Below are positions 12,291 to 25,870 of a DNA stretch of 64,000 nucleotides, in pieces. Position 1 is the first letter of the stretch. Each line of letters starts with the position of its first letter. The notes beneath the pieces were generated by a model, which was not told the origin of the DNA, made no database searches, and worked only from the letters and a program-made list of their open reading frames with translations. This stretch comes from Antedon mediterranea (taxonomy: Eukaryota > Animalia > Echinodermata): NCBI RefSeq assembly GCF_964355755.1, contig NC_092674.1:11284001-11348000 (forward strand), read 5' to 3'. Position numbers and translations under genes: made by a program.

Positions 12291-15200
12291 ATTGAAAAAG
12301 GTATTCAACACGTTCAGCTAGAAATTTCAGCCTCAGAAATTACTAAAGAGGAGGGCCTGACAATCCCGTTTGGGTAAATATCAAATACGAGATCTCATGG
12401 AACAATTCCAAGTCACATAGACTCACTCATGATAAATGTAAGTTTTATGGTTTTATTCCCTTTGGAGCATCCAAAATAAAAATAAAATATTTGAATTTTC
12501 TAACTTCTCTATCTGAATTTCAGTTGGAAGTGTAGGCCTAGAAAAAGTTAGACATTTGACCCATTAGAACTTTTTTAATGGTTGAACATTTTCCAACTGG
12601 TCTATCAGAACCACTGCGAAAATTGAATCCCATAAAGATATGTTACCAGTTCAAACTTTTTACCAGTGAGAAATTTTGCTAGTTGAACATTTTCCAACTG
12701 GTCTATCTGTAGATCTAAAACGACTTGATACGACTATAACAGTCAACATTCTCCTATGGACAGCCAATCAAGACGATACTATATATTCTGTGTTTTTATT
12801 TGAAGTGCAAATCTTTTTCCGATTTTATCAAGTTATTTACTTGGATCATCTTTTATTCATCATTTGATATCAATTTGTATTAATGAAACAGTCAAAGTAT
12901 CCTACAATGTCAACGAAAAGATAAGAACAAAGATAAATTACTTTCGGATATTGCCAAAATCGCATCCGGATGAAAGTACCTTGCCATAAAGAAGCTGACC
13001 TTGGTTAAAAAACCTTTTAATAAGAAAATACACTTTTAAAAGAAGCAATGGTTTAATTTCTTATTTTTAGTGCAAGATTATTTTTTATCTATAATCACAA
13101 TATTATAATTATTTATTTAGGAGATGCAGTATTTTTAAGGATTGACACTTCTTTTTAACTTCTTTTTTTCTCTTTTAACAAACAATAAAATAAAGCCACC
13201 CAGCTCTAGTGATATGGCTATAATATGCAGATACACAGACTCTTTCAGGGAATGATTCTTTTCATAATGCAAATACTGGATACATTTTTTTTTTTACCAT
13301 CAACATCTGGCAATCTAAGATTGTAGCCACTAGTCTCTTCAATAAATAAAGCCAGGGGTAGATTCAGCGGTAGCAATGGGCACTCACTCCACCCTTTGAC
13401 AGCTAAAAAAAAAAGTTTTTACAACCATTTTTGATATGTTAACGGTCTCCCGTCTAAAAAAATCATGGATTTGGCCATGAAAACATAAATGTTACTCCCA
13501 GCATAAACTAAAGGTAATTGAAATTTGAGCAGATAGCTATTTGAAAACTACTACTATGTTTCATTCATTAGTTGTATGAACATTCGGTAAAACATAAATT
13601 CCCCCCTTAAAAAAATACAGTAAATTGAGGTTGAAAAAAATAAATCTCTAGGCTCTAAAAACATACTGGACTTGGATTCTTATAATACGTCTTTATACTC
13701 TATTCCAGAATGTATTCTGCATGTTTTAAGATAGATGGGATTGAAAACTTGCACACAGCTGGGATCAAATGAAGAAATTTGAGGTTAGCTTGAAATTGCT
13801 TGAAATAAGATAATAGAATACGCAAGATGGCACATAGAGTTGTTTTGGAAATTGATTTTGACATGTAAAATATCTGAGTTCAAAATAGGAAGGTTGAAAA
13901 CAACAATATTAACTTTTGTGAGTATAGTATCGGTGATTACACAGGTATAGATTGTCTACCAATTAATTAACATTTTAAAATATTTATTAAATTTAGAAAA
14001 TTACAGTCATAACAAATAATCAAAATCTTTAAAATAATCGAAATTTATTTATTATTTTTATACAAATTGGTATTGTCATGGTACATCCAGGATTTTGAAA
14101 CAGTAAAAATGATAAAATGCTGTGCTGAACTTAAATAAAAAAATAAAAAAATAATTAACTATCTTTTTCATTGTAATTTACATAATCTAAAAGGATTTGT
14201 CTATAAGTATGAGGTTACCATGGCTCTTTAAATTCTAACAGATTTTACAGGCAAAGCAAAGTGATGATCTTTAACCACAAATTTGCATTGTTATAAGACC
14301 TCTTTTTTCAAATAATTTAATTATTAAGGATTGTTTTTTACAGTAGAAACAGACTCTATAATACAAAATACATGATTTGAAGAAATAGATACAAATTGGT
14401 AGCTGTCAGTTAAATGTAGAGCAGGCCCGGTTGTGGATAACTTTAAGAAACCCCCCTGTTATTGGCAAATCCTTTTTGGTGTTTGTTTGAGTTTTGAAAT
14501 AACATAAAAAAAAAAATGAAATAACAGAGTGTAATTCCATTGTAAGACCCAACCCATCATCCAAACTATGTTTTTAAGATTTTATATAGTGGTAGAGTTT
14601 ATCCATCATCTCTTGTACAAATAAGGTCCACAACAGCTTCTATCCAGCTGCTATATTACTGAATTTGTTGGATAACTATATGACTTTGTTGATAGAATTG
14701 TATTGTGTTTTTTATTATTATATTTTGTCTTAAAACACCACCATTTTCTGTGTATATTTATGCAAATGATGTTTCCACTAATGAATAAAAGTAAAATACT
14801 ATTATTGATAGGATGATCAGGTTTACAACAGCCGTCACAAACAAATAAAACATTTTGTTTGAACAGCTTAGAGCAATATGACATCACATTAAAGAAGACA
14901 GCATTTTCATCATTCTAGTTGTATCACGTTTAAAGCTGGGAACTTATATATCATTTTGATTAAATGAAGAACAATGGAACTTCAATGACTATACTTGGGC
15001 AGCAACATTGCTGAAATTTTACAACAAAAAAAATGTTAAAAAAATAAAGTATTATATAATAATATCCAATTGTATGAATAAAATAAGAGAGAGTAGTATG
15101 GCATATGAAAAGGATACTGGACTAGATTGAGGCAAAGGGTTGTCTTGATATTTTACCCTCATTGCCTCATCCTTTGCAAAGGACATAAAGCTATTGATCC

Positions 15201-15423
15201 CCTCTACATTGCCTCTAGATCCCCTCTAAATTGCTTATGTGTACACATATTGAAGGAACAGAAACGAAAAAACATAGGTCGATATTTTAATGATTTTTAA
15301 CTTTTTACTCATACTGCATAACTACCATTAACTGAAAGAGCAACCACAGTTGCTCGCAAGTGATTTTTTAACTAGTCGTGTCTGCGCGTAACACCATTAA
15401 CTGAAAAAGCAACCAGTGCTCGG

Positions 15424-16020
15424 TGTAACGCGAAATTTGGTCCGGGGCCAAAACTGGTCCGGTCGGATCGATTTTGGCGTTGAAACAGCCGCTAAAACAG
15501 GCCCGGCTAGGCTAAAACTTGTCCGGCCTTCAAAATCGCTTATTTATCCTTAAAAGAGTCCAAATGGTTGAAGTAAACTATGCTTAGAGTAAATCGAAAA
15601 GGAATTATCGAAACGGAGAGATTAAAAAGGTAAAAATAAATCGGCGTTCGGTTCTTAGCTTAGACATAATATAAAATTACTAGGGGGCGCTATTACTAAT
15701 TAGTTTTAAACGAACTGAACAATAGAATATCCCAAAAGCCGATTAAAGTTTCTTTAATTAGTGTTTCGATAATTTATTTTCGTTTGTACGGTAATTTAGT
15801 ATATTTACTTTAAGCATAGTTTACTTTAACCATTTGAACTGATTGCAGGCTTCTTAACACATCTTAAAGAATAAATAAGCGATTTTAAAGGCCGGACCAG
15901 TTTTGGCCTAGTCGGACCTGTTTTAGCGACTGTTTCAACGTCAAAATCAATCTGATCGGACCAGTTTTGGCGCTTGATTACGACCAAAATCGATCCGGCC
16001 GGACCAATTTTGCCGTGACA
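15424..16020. mobile_element. Foldback MITE with TGT...ACA termini and about 230-bp imperfect inverted arms
   Basis: Starts TGTAACGCGAAATTTGGTCC and ends GGACCAATTTTGCCGTGACA. The arms stay complementary well inward (e.g. GTAAACTATGCTTA / TAAGCATAGTTTAC), with TGGTCCGG subrepeats. Confidence 0.8.
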
Positions 16021-17344
16021 CTCACTACTCATGATTGTGGTTATCCATATAGCACACGAGACACGATAAATGGTTTTCAGGTGCTCGGAGCACTCGGTCA
16101 ACAACAATATGACTTGGTTTTTGTTAAGACTGTAGGCCTATACTGCATTATTGTTTTATGTGTTCTAAAGTGGTGTTTAGTTGATCCTTATAATTCTGTG
16201 TTGACATAAGCTTAGCCCACCTTTACAGTATTGCTTCTGCTAAAACCCTAAATAATTAAAACTATTTTTATTTTAATTGAATTTTATATTATAAACAACT
16301 GAATTTATTTTTTTGCTCGTTTTTCTCCTCAAATAACCATTCAATCAGTGTCTGAGTATGGTTAAAAAAAGTTATTAACAAGCAAAAATCTGTGACTTTA
16401 ATGACCTCCAAGGTCATAATGATAATCATTATTAGTATTACAGGTAAAAAAAAATAATCAGAAAACCAGTTAAATAAGGTTCCAACATGAAAGTAATTGT
16501 GTGTTTATAATCATTTTAAAATAGATTAGAAAATAGAATATTATGCTTGAACTATAAATTATTTTTTCACAGCAGATACAGACCAATAGACCATGGAGTA
16601 AAGAATAGACCAACAAGACAGTCAAAATCTAACACCTAACCTAATTACTAAAAATGCTATATAAACTGTATTCTTGCACCTAATTTGAAAAACTGTATTA
16701 AAAAAAATAATATAGTAGTTCACCTTACCTATTATCTGGCCATTATCCTAAAAAAAATAACATAATCAGCTAAATTAATATGGAGTATACTGTTAAAAAT
16801 AATCAGTCTGGTCTCCAAGAGGTTAGGTGATGTAAACCGATATCAATGATCTTGTACAAAGGTCTCAAGGTCAGACAAATGGTCAGTTGAAATGCTAAGA
16901 GGGGCGGTCTGACTTTGAGTTGGTCAATTATCAGCTCTGCAGGTTGTCTACTAACATAATATCAGAAACGAGATTGCTGAACTCACCTACTTTTTTTTCA
17001 CATTTTCCCATCAACCATAGTTCTTTGATATTGGGTATTTATAGTATTAAAACAAATAATACGTCAATAAACGTTTTCCCCAAGGTTTAATTTTCTTTTG
17101 TCGGTTTTAGCCTCAAAATGTTCTCATTTTGTTTATATAATTGTAACTTGAAATGGAAATACGTTTCTATAGATAGTATAGTAATGTGGCTATGGTTTTT
17201 TTCTTTTAGTTATATACAATTTTGTTGTTGTAAAGATAGCCTCTAATTTCTTTTTTAAAGTGTGATCTAAACAATAATATTCAAAATAATTATTCATTTA
17301 TTTTAAAGGTAAACCAAATTGCCATTTTGAAATTAGAAATACAA

Positions 17345-17490
17345 GAGATTCTTTTGTAATCTAGGCCTATATTATTTGTGTATTTTTGTCTTGGCATGAG
17401 ACAAGCCTTTCGGCGATAGTTGTCAAGACATGAGAGGAGCTCTCTCCTCAGTGTTCCTTTATGTTTCACTGAAAGAAATAAATAAATATT
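17345..17490 (+). mobile_element. Probable LINE 3' end with stem-loops
   Basis: T-rich UTR, hairpins GTCTTG...CAAGAC and TGAGAGGAGCTCTCTCCTCA, ending in an AAATAAATAAAT tail. Confidence 0.45.
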
Positions 17491-17753
17491 GTATACATGT
17501 TACCTTACTTTTTGCTAGTAAGCTGCTTGGTTAGTTTAAAATTCACCCAGAAAATATTGAAATATTAAATGTTTATGCACTATCAAAGTAACACATTTTC
17601 ATCTTAGTAAATGCCCTCTAGTGTCCAATTTTGTGCATGCACAAAGTAATTTTTGTCTAAGACAATTTGTTAAAACATGCTCAGATGGTTTGATCATGGA
17701 GCAACAATGGTTTGATAAATAAGCTTACATTAAACTAAACTAAATTAGCTTAA

Positions 17754-18079
17754 CTATGTCTCCCTGAAAGGTTTTTTTTTTACATTTTTTTGTTGAATAT
17801 GCCATTTTAATGTCACATAGTAGTTATTCACTTTGACCTAAAATACAACAATAACAATTATTTACCTGAAAAAACTATAATTTAAGGCAAAAAATAGTCA
17901 AATTGGCTGCCAGCTAATGGGTTTTTGGGTGAATTTAACTGTTTATTTTGTCTTGTTATAAGTGATAACTTTTTTTTTTAGAGAAGTGATTAACTTTCAT
18001 AAAACTACAAAATGACACATTCAAAGTCTGATTTTATTCATTTTCATTTTTTCATGTTCTTTTGGGAGACAATACATCT
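17754..18079. mobile_element. TTAA-flanked MITE (Kolobok-like), degenerate
   Basis: Left end TTAA..TGTCTCCCTGAAA and right end GGGAGACAATACATCT|TTAA. Related to 8020-8208 and shares the TIR motif with 53250-53806. Confidence 0.6.
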
Positions 18080-19384
18080 TTAAGTAAAAATATTACAAAG
18101 ATTGAAATGCCAACAGATGCTACTGAAAGGTGGATCCAGACAGACTAAACTCCATTGAAATGTAGAAACAAAACACATGCTGCGGTGTATTCAACCTCTA
18201 GAAACTTCAACTACATTTTTGCTGGGGTTCTTTACAACTTTGTCGTAATAAAAAACAGAACCTATGATGCTCTATAAGCATTTTAGAAAAAAAAAATCTT
18301 TATTTTTTAAAACAATTTTCAAAATAACAATAAGAAAATGCTTTTATATAATATATTGTTTTCTTAAATATTAGATTTAAAGTCCATTAAAAGAACAAGT
18401 TATATAATGCTCCTTTTCATTAAGGAAAAACTTGCTTGACTCAAGCAAAAAGATTTACCTGATTCCAGTGCTGTATCTCCACAGCTACATTATTTGCCCA
18501 GTATCATTTCATTTCATTCATTTGTTCGATAAAAACTTCTGGGACTTCTTGCAAGTCCCAGCTTAAAATTGACGACATTATATACAGGATAATTAGTTAT
18601 ATTGGTAATGTACAGTTTCTCAGTTGTACTGTATCACATGTGCCCGTAAATGGTATAATCATACTAGATACATGAAACACATGTGATGTAATACCAAATA
18701 TTCCTATGATACTGGAGAAATCTATATACATTATCGAGAATCAGGTGAAAGATTGATAAATACTATTGGCCTGCACAACTCTACACATAAAGATGAAATA
18801 TACCCACTGATCTTGCTGTCATTTTTAATGATGTTGCTAAAAAAATATTCTGCTTCGAAAAACAGCAAAAGTAAACAACCTACTATAGTAGAAAAACTGA
18901 TGAACATGAATTGACATCAAGAAGAAAAAATAATATATTATCATGAATACATTTTTTTCTTACCTCACTACGAAAATAAAAAGCATAGCTAGCAGAAGCG
19001 TTACCTCACAAGATCTGAAAGATAAAATTGTCAAAATATTTTCATTGCCTTGCATAAATCACCTTCCAATATTAGAGAGTAAAAATAACAAAGTCATAAA
19101 GTAGAATAAATTCGTGAGAAAATAGAATTGTTTTTTTTTTCCAAGTGAATTCTAATTTTGTTGAAAGGCCTCTAAATATTTCAAGTTGATTGAATGCTGT
19201 TTCCTAAAAAATCCTAATTGTGACCATAACATCAAGCAAACATTAAATACTCCTTAACCATTAAAAATATATCTTTACAAAAAATATATTACACAAATAA
19301 TCTTAAGTTTCTGCTGTTTCTGCTGCAAAAAAAATATCCCCTTATTTATTATATTTTTCTTTTAACTGGATCGCATGTAATGTA

Positions 19385-19480
19385 GTAATGTAGTACTGCT
19401 TTTCAATGGTCCAGTTACAAGGTTTAAAAGTAAAGACAAATTATAACATACAGTATATAAATACAGAAAAATTAAAGCAT
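19385..19480 (-). repeat. Dispersed repeat (probable LINE 3' UTR), paralog of 32650-32777
   Basis: GTAGTACTGCTTTT..ATGGTCCAGTTACAAGGTTTAAAAGTAA...AAATACAGAAAAA matches the reverse complement of 32652-32735. Confidence 0.8.
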
Positions 19481-22400
19481 ACATAGGCTAATAACTAAGA
19501 TTAAATTAACTCCAATTTCTTGGCAGCAGAAAATAACAGGACAACATTTTCAAAAAACATGGCAGCCTGAAAATAATGGTTTAAGAAACACAATTGATTT
19601 GGTGTCAGAATGCCATTTAATAGTTTATCTTATATATTTATAAATGGTCTGTGGCGTTCGTTTTTGCGAACAGCTGACTAAGATTTGAGGATGCTCCAGT
19701 TCTCTGTGCCATTGGCATTTTCAGAGTGCTTATACATTTCATAAACATAGTATAGCCTTAAACTAATTAATATTTAAGTGTAAATATACTCCCAAAAAAT
19801 AAAGCCAATTGTGAGCTGATTTTATCTGTAATGGGCTTCAAGCTAGAAATTAAAAGTGTAAATAATATGTCTAAGCACTAGATATTCTTCTGTTCTTTAC
19901 CTCACAAAAAAGAGGTTTCGTAATTGGAGTGAATCTTTAACAAACACTGTTTTGATCTAAAATAAAAAACAATTACATGAATAATTTACATCATAGAATT
20001 AAGAACACACGATTTACAGACTCTTAATTCATTTTTGCAATTTACTTTTCTGTGCCATGTAGATCAGCGTGTCCAATATTTTTCTGTGACCATAATCTGC
20101 ACGAAGTAAACCTCATAAATCACGTCTTGATGTGTTTTTATCACCATTCAGTTGCCAAAAAACGGCTCCAAAATGGATGTTTCTAAATCCTGATGAGAAG
20201 TTGATGTCAACAAATGCAAGGGTGTATTCCCATGAGGTAGTCCTATACTTAAGTTATATTTAAGCAAGTAACATCAAACTTGATCCCTGATAAAAATGAT
20301 ACTTGAATACTGATGGGAAATCATACTAAGTTACAAAATAGAGTATTCATAATTTAACAAAATGCACACAACAGTGGAAAACCGTCGTAATTATAAATCA
20401 AATAAAACATTTATTAAATATTTTATTTTTTTATACAAAAAGTGTTTATTTGCATAATTTCTATATAAAATTGAACTTCCTAACATACAGTACCTTACAC
20501 TATCAATTTGGTTTAGTTATACAGAACTACCTTTTTTCCCCTTAAACCCTCTGCGGACTATATGTTGTGGATTTTAGTCCAGGTTTGTTTTTCAATAATA
20601 AAGGCCTAAAATATAAATATTACAATATTTTAATTATTTGCTGGGTTTTTCTTTTCTTTCATGTTTACGTTCATGTTTTTGGTGTGTACTAGTGCTACTG
20701 AAATAAAATGATGTTCTACAATAAATTATTTGATTTTGAACTACTGTACGTAGTATTGTATTTATTCTTTTAAATTAGTAACAACACTTGGCACACATAC
20801 CCCTGAAACAATGTGACGAGTACAATCAGTCTATACAGTTTCCAGAGAAATTGTAAATATAAATATGAGCATTAACGTTGCTATAAGCAGGAAGACTCCC
20901 TGCTATATGTAGACATACATGGCAGATGAATTATCAAATCTGCTTAAGCTATGATCCACCTCCCAAGCCGGCCCGAAGGAAATCATTTGTACTTATTCAT
21001 GCACCTGGAGCAACCCTGAATTCCAGAATAATCAACTTATCATTACTATAATATAAATGAATAATGAAGATTTTGTAATATTTGTAATATAAGAAATATA
21101 GATTTTATTTTAATAATTGATTGATTTTGAATTTAAAAACACTTTTTCTTCATACTAAGACTTGTAGAAAAAATATCTCAACCTGATAGATTTAAGTTCA
21201 AGTTCATGGGTGATTAATAGATTGCCATGTACAAAATGTAAATGAAATTTATCAACAGTGTTAAAGGCCATGTGTGCAATTTTTCAAAAATGTTTTTTAT
21301 ATTGAAATAGATTGCAAAGACAAAGCATATTTGTTATTTCTAAACAATATGGTAACAAATGATAGTATAATATGTCAAAGTCATAATGTTTAACAACATT
21401 TATAAAAACAAACAAATGAATAACAGGTGTACAGTGTAAACTGTCTTCCATCGTGTCCCAGGACTTCAAATGGACCTTTGCTTGGTGGTTAAAATGAGTT
21501 CAATCCCCGCCTAGTGGAAGGGTTTTATCTCCTAAAAAACTTTTACTCCACTGCCTTTAAAGCCTAAACTCATAGTTTATAAGCACAAAGAATTATAGTT
21601 TATCCATCCTGAAATTGGTGAGTTTTTCGCAGTTGGATATGTGAAATTTTTAATTAACCTTTGGACAGCAAAACTCTAATAAACTTAATCTACTCTAATC
21701 AAGTTTAAAGATCTTGACTTCATTTCTGCTGGACTGCCTTTAAAAAAAAATTCTAATAACCTATAAATCTACAAAGATTAACCTTGGAAATTATTACAGA
21801 AAAAAAGTCTGTATCAGAGAAAAGCCAAACTTTTCATATATACATTAGTGGTTATCAGAGGCAAATAAATGACTGTTAATAACCTTTAACTCCTTAATTA
21901 TATTACACTCATTTCATTTGAAATATATGGATGAAAAATGCTGGTGAAACACAACCCCATTGGACAATTATATTAAAAGGGAAATGTGTATGGAGAAAGG
22001 ATGATTAAATCATTTAGATAATGAGAGTACTCCCATCTGCCAGGTGCAACTCTGCTCTTTGTAAGAAAATGAAATACTATTTTTTCCCCCGGATATAAAT
22101 TATTTGCAAATCTTAAAGACGTGATCATGATAAGGTATACAATGTTTGTAGGTTATGTTATGTATTTGAGACGTGCCATATTGTAAATAAAATGCATGAT
22201 GGGAGAAGTTCATAGCAGTTCATTTTAACACTCTAACATGGGGTAAAATTGTAAAATAAGGTGCTGAACTAGCCTATTAATGTTATATCTTTTGTAATGT
22301 GGACAACAATATCAAATGCTAAACCCATTAAAAATGTTTTTGAGTGCAACATTCACTAGTATCGCATCAGAATTCCTTAATTAAAAATGTTTACAACAAA

Positions 22401-23489
22401 ATAATATGAATGTGCATCATGAGGATGGTTCCAAATAATGCCCGACACTGGTCATAGTCGGCTGTGGTGAGTCGACCTCATTAAACAAATTGGTTAATTA
22501 CAATTTTTTTTTTATTGAAGCCTTTACCAATCAAATACTCTGATATCATGTCAGTAGAGATAGTTTTTCCTATTGGAACATAGAGCAACTCCTGTGGTTG
22601 CCATAACAACCTAGGTAGGGTTTTTAGCACAATGGATTGATAAAGGGAAAGGGCTGAAATTGACCATAAAAGATGCACTGGATGTTAAGTACACAACTGA
22701 AGCTTTATCCAGGAAGTCTTGTTCTACATCACAACTATGAGCGGGAAATACCTCGTCATAACCTCTCGACCACTCAACTTGCTTTATCATTGATAACTAT
22801 TGTAAAACACAAATTGTGTTCATTTTGAACATTATTTTGGTCTTTGGAAGCCATTCTTATTTGTCTTCTTGTTCTGATAAACTTCAGACAGAAATAGCAT
22901 TGAGGTTTAATTAAAGTCCTTTTTTTATTATTAAACCTTAGACTTGGAAAACCACTATGATGATAAATACAATGCAAATCAATCCTAGATTTTTCAAAAT
23001 TAATCTTTTCTGTCATGTCAGGCACTGCAAACATCCCCTATGGCTAAACCTTTATACATTTTTTAGATAATTCATACAACGACGTGTGTTTTTCCATATT
23101 ATTTCATTTAATGTATAATAGATTTCTTTATAAGACTGATTTCTATCGGAAGAAGGTGCAAATTATCATGATTGATCTTTACAGCTAAACAAATTAAAGG
23201 CTAGCTCATTTTTTTTTTAAAATTGTAAATATTACAAATATGTTAAGAGTTATAATTACTCAAATTGTTTAGCAAAGAACTGAAATGTATCTTCTATGTA
23301 AAATACTATGAATGCCCAATATAATAATTTTCACTGTTGAGCTTTTACACTTTCGACCAATCAGAAGAGTCCAATTATTAAACAAACTTACAAAATAGTA
23401 TCATACTGTCCAGTGGAAAATTATAAAATGAAAGGCCAACTCACTATTATTTTAAGGTAAATGAAATCCAAAAGACTTATTATGTATTA

Positions 23490-23597
23490 CAGTTGAATCC
23501 CCATGAATTCTACACTTCGATAAGGGTTTCCGTTTACACGGGAAGTACCGGTATGGTGTACCCTAAATAGAGGTGTCAGATGAAGGGGATTCTGCTG
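23490..23597. mobile_element. Short Tc1/mariner/pogo-type MITE
   Basis: TA|CAGTTGAATCCCC ... GGGGATTCTGCTG|TA. Confidence 0.75.
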
Positions 23598-24962
23598 TAA
23601 TTTTGTTTCTTTTCAATTTCAATTTTTTTCGTTTCTGTTGTATTTATATGGTGTTGATTTTTTTTGTTTTGTAATACAGTATCACGAACTTGTGTAAAAA
23701 CAATCAATATTGATTGAACGAGTTGTACTGCACATCAGTCTCGTGTCTAAATAAAGTTTATATATATAATGTCCTATCTTTTGCATTATAATTTTCTAAA
23801 TTTAGTGGGTTGGGATGGCAAAGATAGGCTGCTGGGCCTTACCTGTGATCCACATCCACCTACGCTGTTAGTACTATATAATATCTGCACATGATGTTGA
23901 GCAACAAGTCCTGAAAGAACTACAGTATGACCGTTGTTTTATTTGTAGATAGAAGTATTAATATTAATAGGCCTATACTTATTTTTGTCTATGTATACAA
24001 TTAATTAATTAATGTTCTGTTGATGCAGCCTGTTATGAAATGTACATTCTACATCATTAAGCGGATTGTATTCACTTGCCCTGGGCCAAGATAGTAATGT
24101 GACAAAAAGATGTTGGCAACCTTTAGTAAGCTATCACAACCATTCAAACATCAATTTCAACCAACTTTTTCATTTAGTTAGTAGTTCTATTACCATGAAA
24201 AAGTTAATTTTATAAATGGTTCTATTCAATAAATGACAACAAAAGTTAAGCAGTCATTGTAAGAAATCTTTCTTGTTTGTGTATTAAGGTAGATCAAATT
24301 GTTAAAAAATTCATACAGTACATGATGGTCATGCAACATTTGTCAAATCATGTCAACCTGTCCTGTAAAATGTCGCTGTAATATTGATTTTTAAATGGTT
24401 TATTGAAATTTAATTGATTAATAAGGTTAATTAGTTGCCTTTAGCAAAAGTTGGAACACAATAAAAATCAATTTCTTTCTTCCTGTTATGTTTAAATTAT
24501 TGACATTGATTCATGAAGTTAAACTGGTAAATAAAAATAATATAAGAGTGAATAGTGATGTCATAGGTCATAAAAATACATGGATAGAATGGACTAAAAG
24601 AAAAAAATTAACAAAATTAAATTATAAAAATAATTTTTTGAAAATAGATAATACAGTACCCGGGAAAAAAGTATCCATAGAAGATGTAAGCAAATAATGA
24701 AATGACAAATGTGTCTGCAATAAAATAGTTGTCAGGATTATTTCATTTGGTTCATATCCAAGATCATTTACTTTTTATTATAACATTGTATCATTTTAAT
24801 TTGTATCGCATACTCTACAGTATGTTTTTTGTAAACATTTTGAAAAAGTTTGCCACGCAAGGTTTCTTGACTGCAGATCTGTATTTGAAAATCAACCTAA
24901 GTTGGAGCATGGAGGATGGTTGGAGCAATGCTATTTTTAATGGCCTACCTTCCGGCCTAGCC

Positions 24963-25146
24963 TTCGTCAATGATTTACAATGGATAAATTGAAAAAAAGT
25001 TTATTTTAGGACAGTAGGCCTAAGTGTTATGTAAAACAAATAATGAATGCTTGGATACTTGAATGGAGAGAATATTTTAGATGAAAGATTGACTGAAGTC
25101 ATTCTTTCAGCTCATGAAATATCCCACCATCCAACTCATAAACTTT
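24963..25146. repeat. Dispersed repeat, inverted paralog of 39637-39827
   Basis: Colinear shared blocks ATGGATAAATTGAA, TTGAATGGAGAGAATATTT, CTCATGAAATAT and CATCCAACTCATAAACTTT. Confidence 0.75.
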
Positions 25147-25584
25147 CAGTATTTGTATATTAGGTTTCATTCATACCATTTAATTGAGACCAAGAGTCAA
25201 ACATTACGGAGAAGTTGATACATTTCCACACCTCAAAAATCAAGCCACAATTTCATGAAACATATGATATTTGACACGTTATTCAATCAAAAGAGTTGTT
25301 TATATTTAAAAATTGTGCCACTGTACTGATGACAGATTGTAGCTTTATCATTTTACTTACATAAGTGACTCTTTTAGCGTTCAGCTCATAACGTCTACCT
25401 TGTGTATGATATTAAAATTAAGTCACTTTCAAACTTGACAGTTATCAGGGTTTATTGTGTGTTTATGAAACCTTAGCAAGATGATGAACTTTGTATAAAT
25501 ATTATGACTATTTTTCTTTATAACTTAAAGCCTATGGTAATTTACATATACCATATCATATTCTCATAAGTATGATTAAATTCA

Positions 25585-25870
25585 ACAACCCTCCAAATAA
25601 AGACCATTAGTATATTATACTATTATTTTTAAAAGATTAAAATGTTAACACACCTCCATATAATGGAAAATGTCATATGTCAAAAAATATCATTATACTT
25701 GTAATGTCACTCCATATAAAATCCATTGGTCTACAATTTAATATTACTTCAATAATACACCTCTAAATTAAGACAATTATGATTTTATACTAAAACATTA
25801 CAATTTAGACATAAAATCAAGACTTCAAAGAAAAACCAATACAATTTAAAACTCCAAAATTAAGACCATC
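25585..25870. repeat. Degenerate CTCCAAAWTAAGACCA subrepeat array (old MITE interior)
   Basis: About six diverged units spaced 30-60 bp apart. Confidence 0.45.

Noticed and set aside
21470-21560. tRNA gene (A/B-box-like TGGTGGTTAA, GAGTTCAATCC)
   Set aside because: No cloverleaf and the box spacing has collapsed. Most likely a decayed SINE head, with similar relics near 15090, 26960 and 60420.
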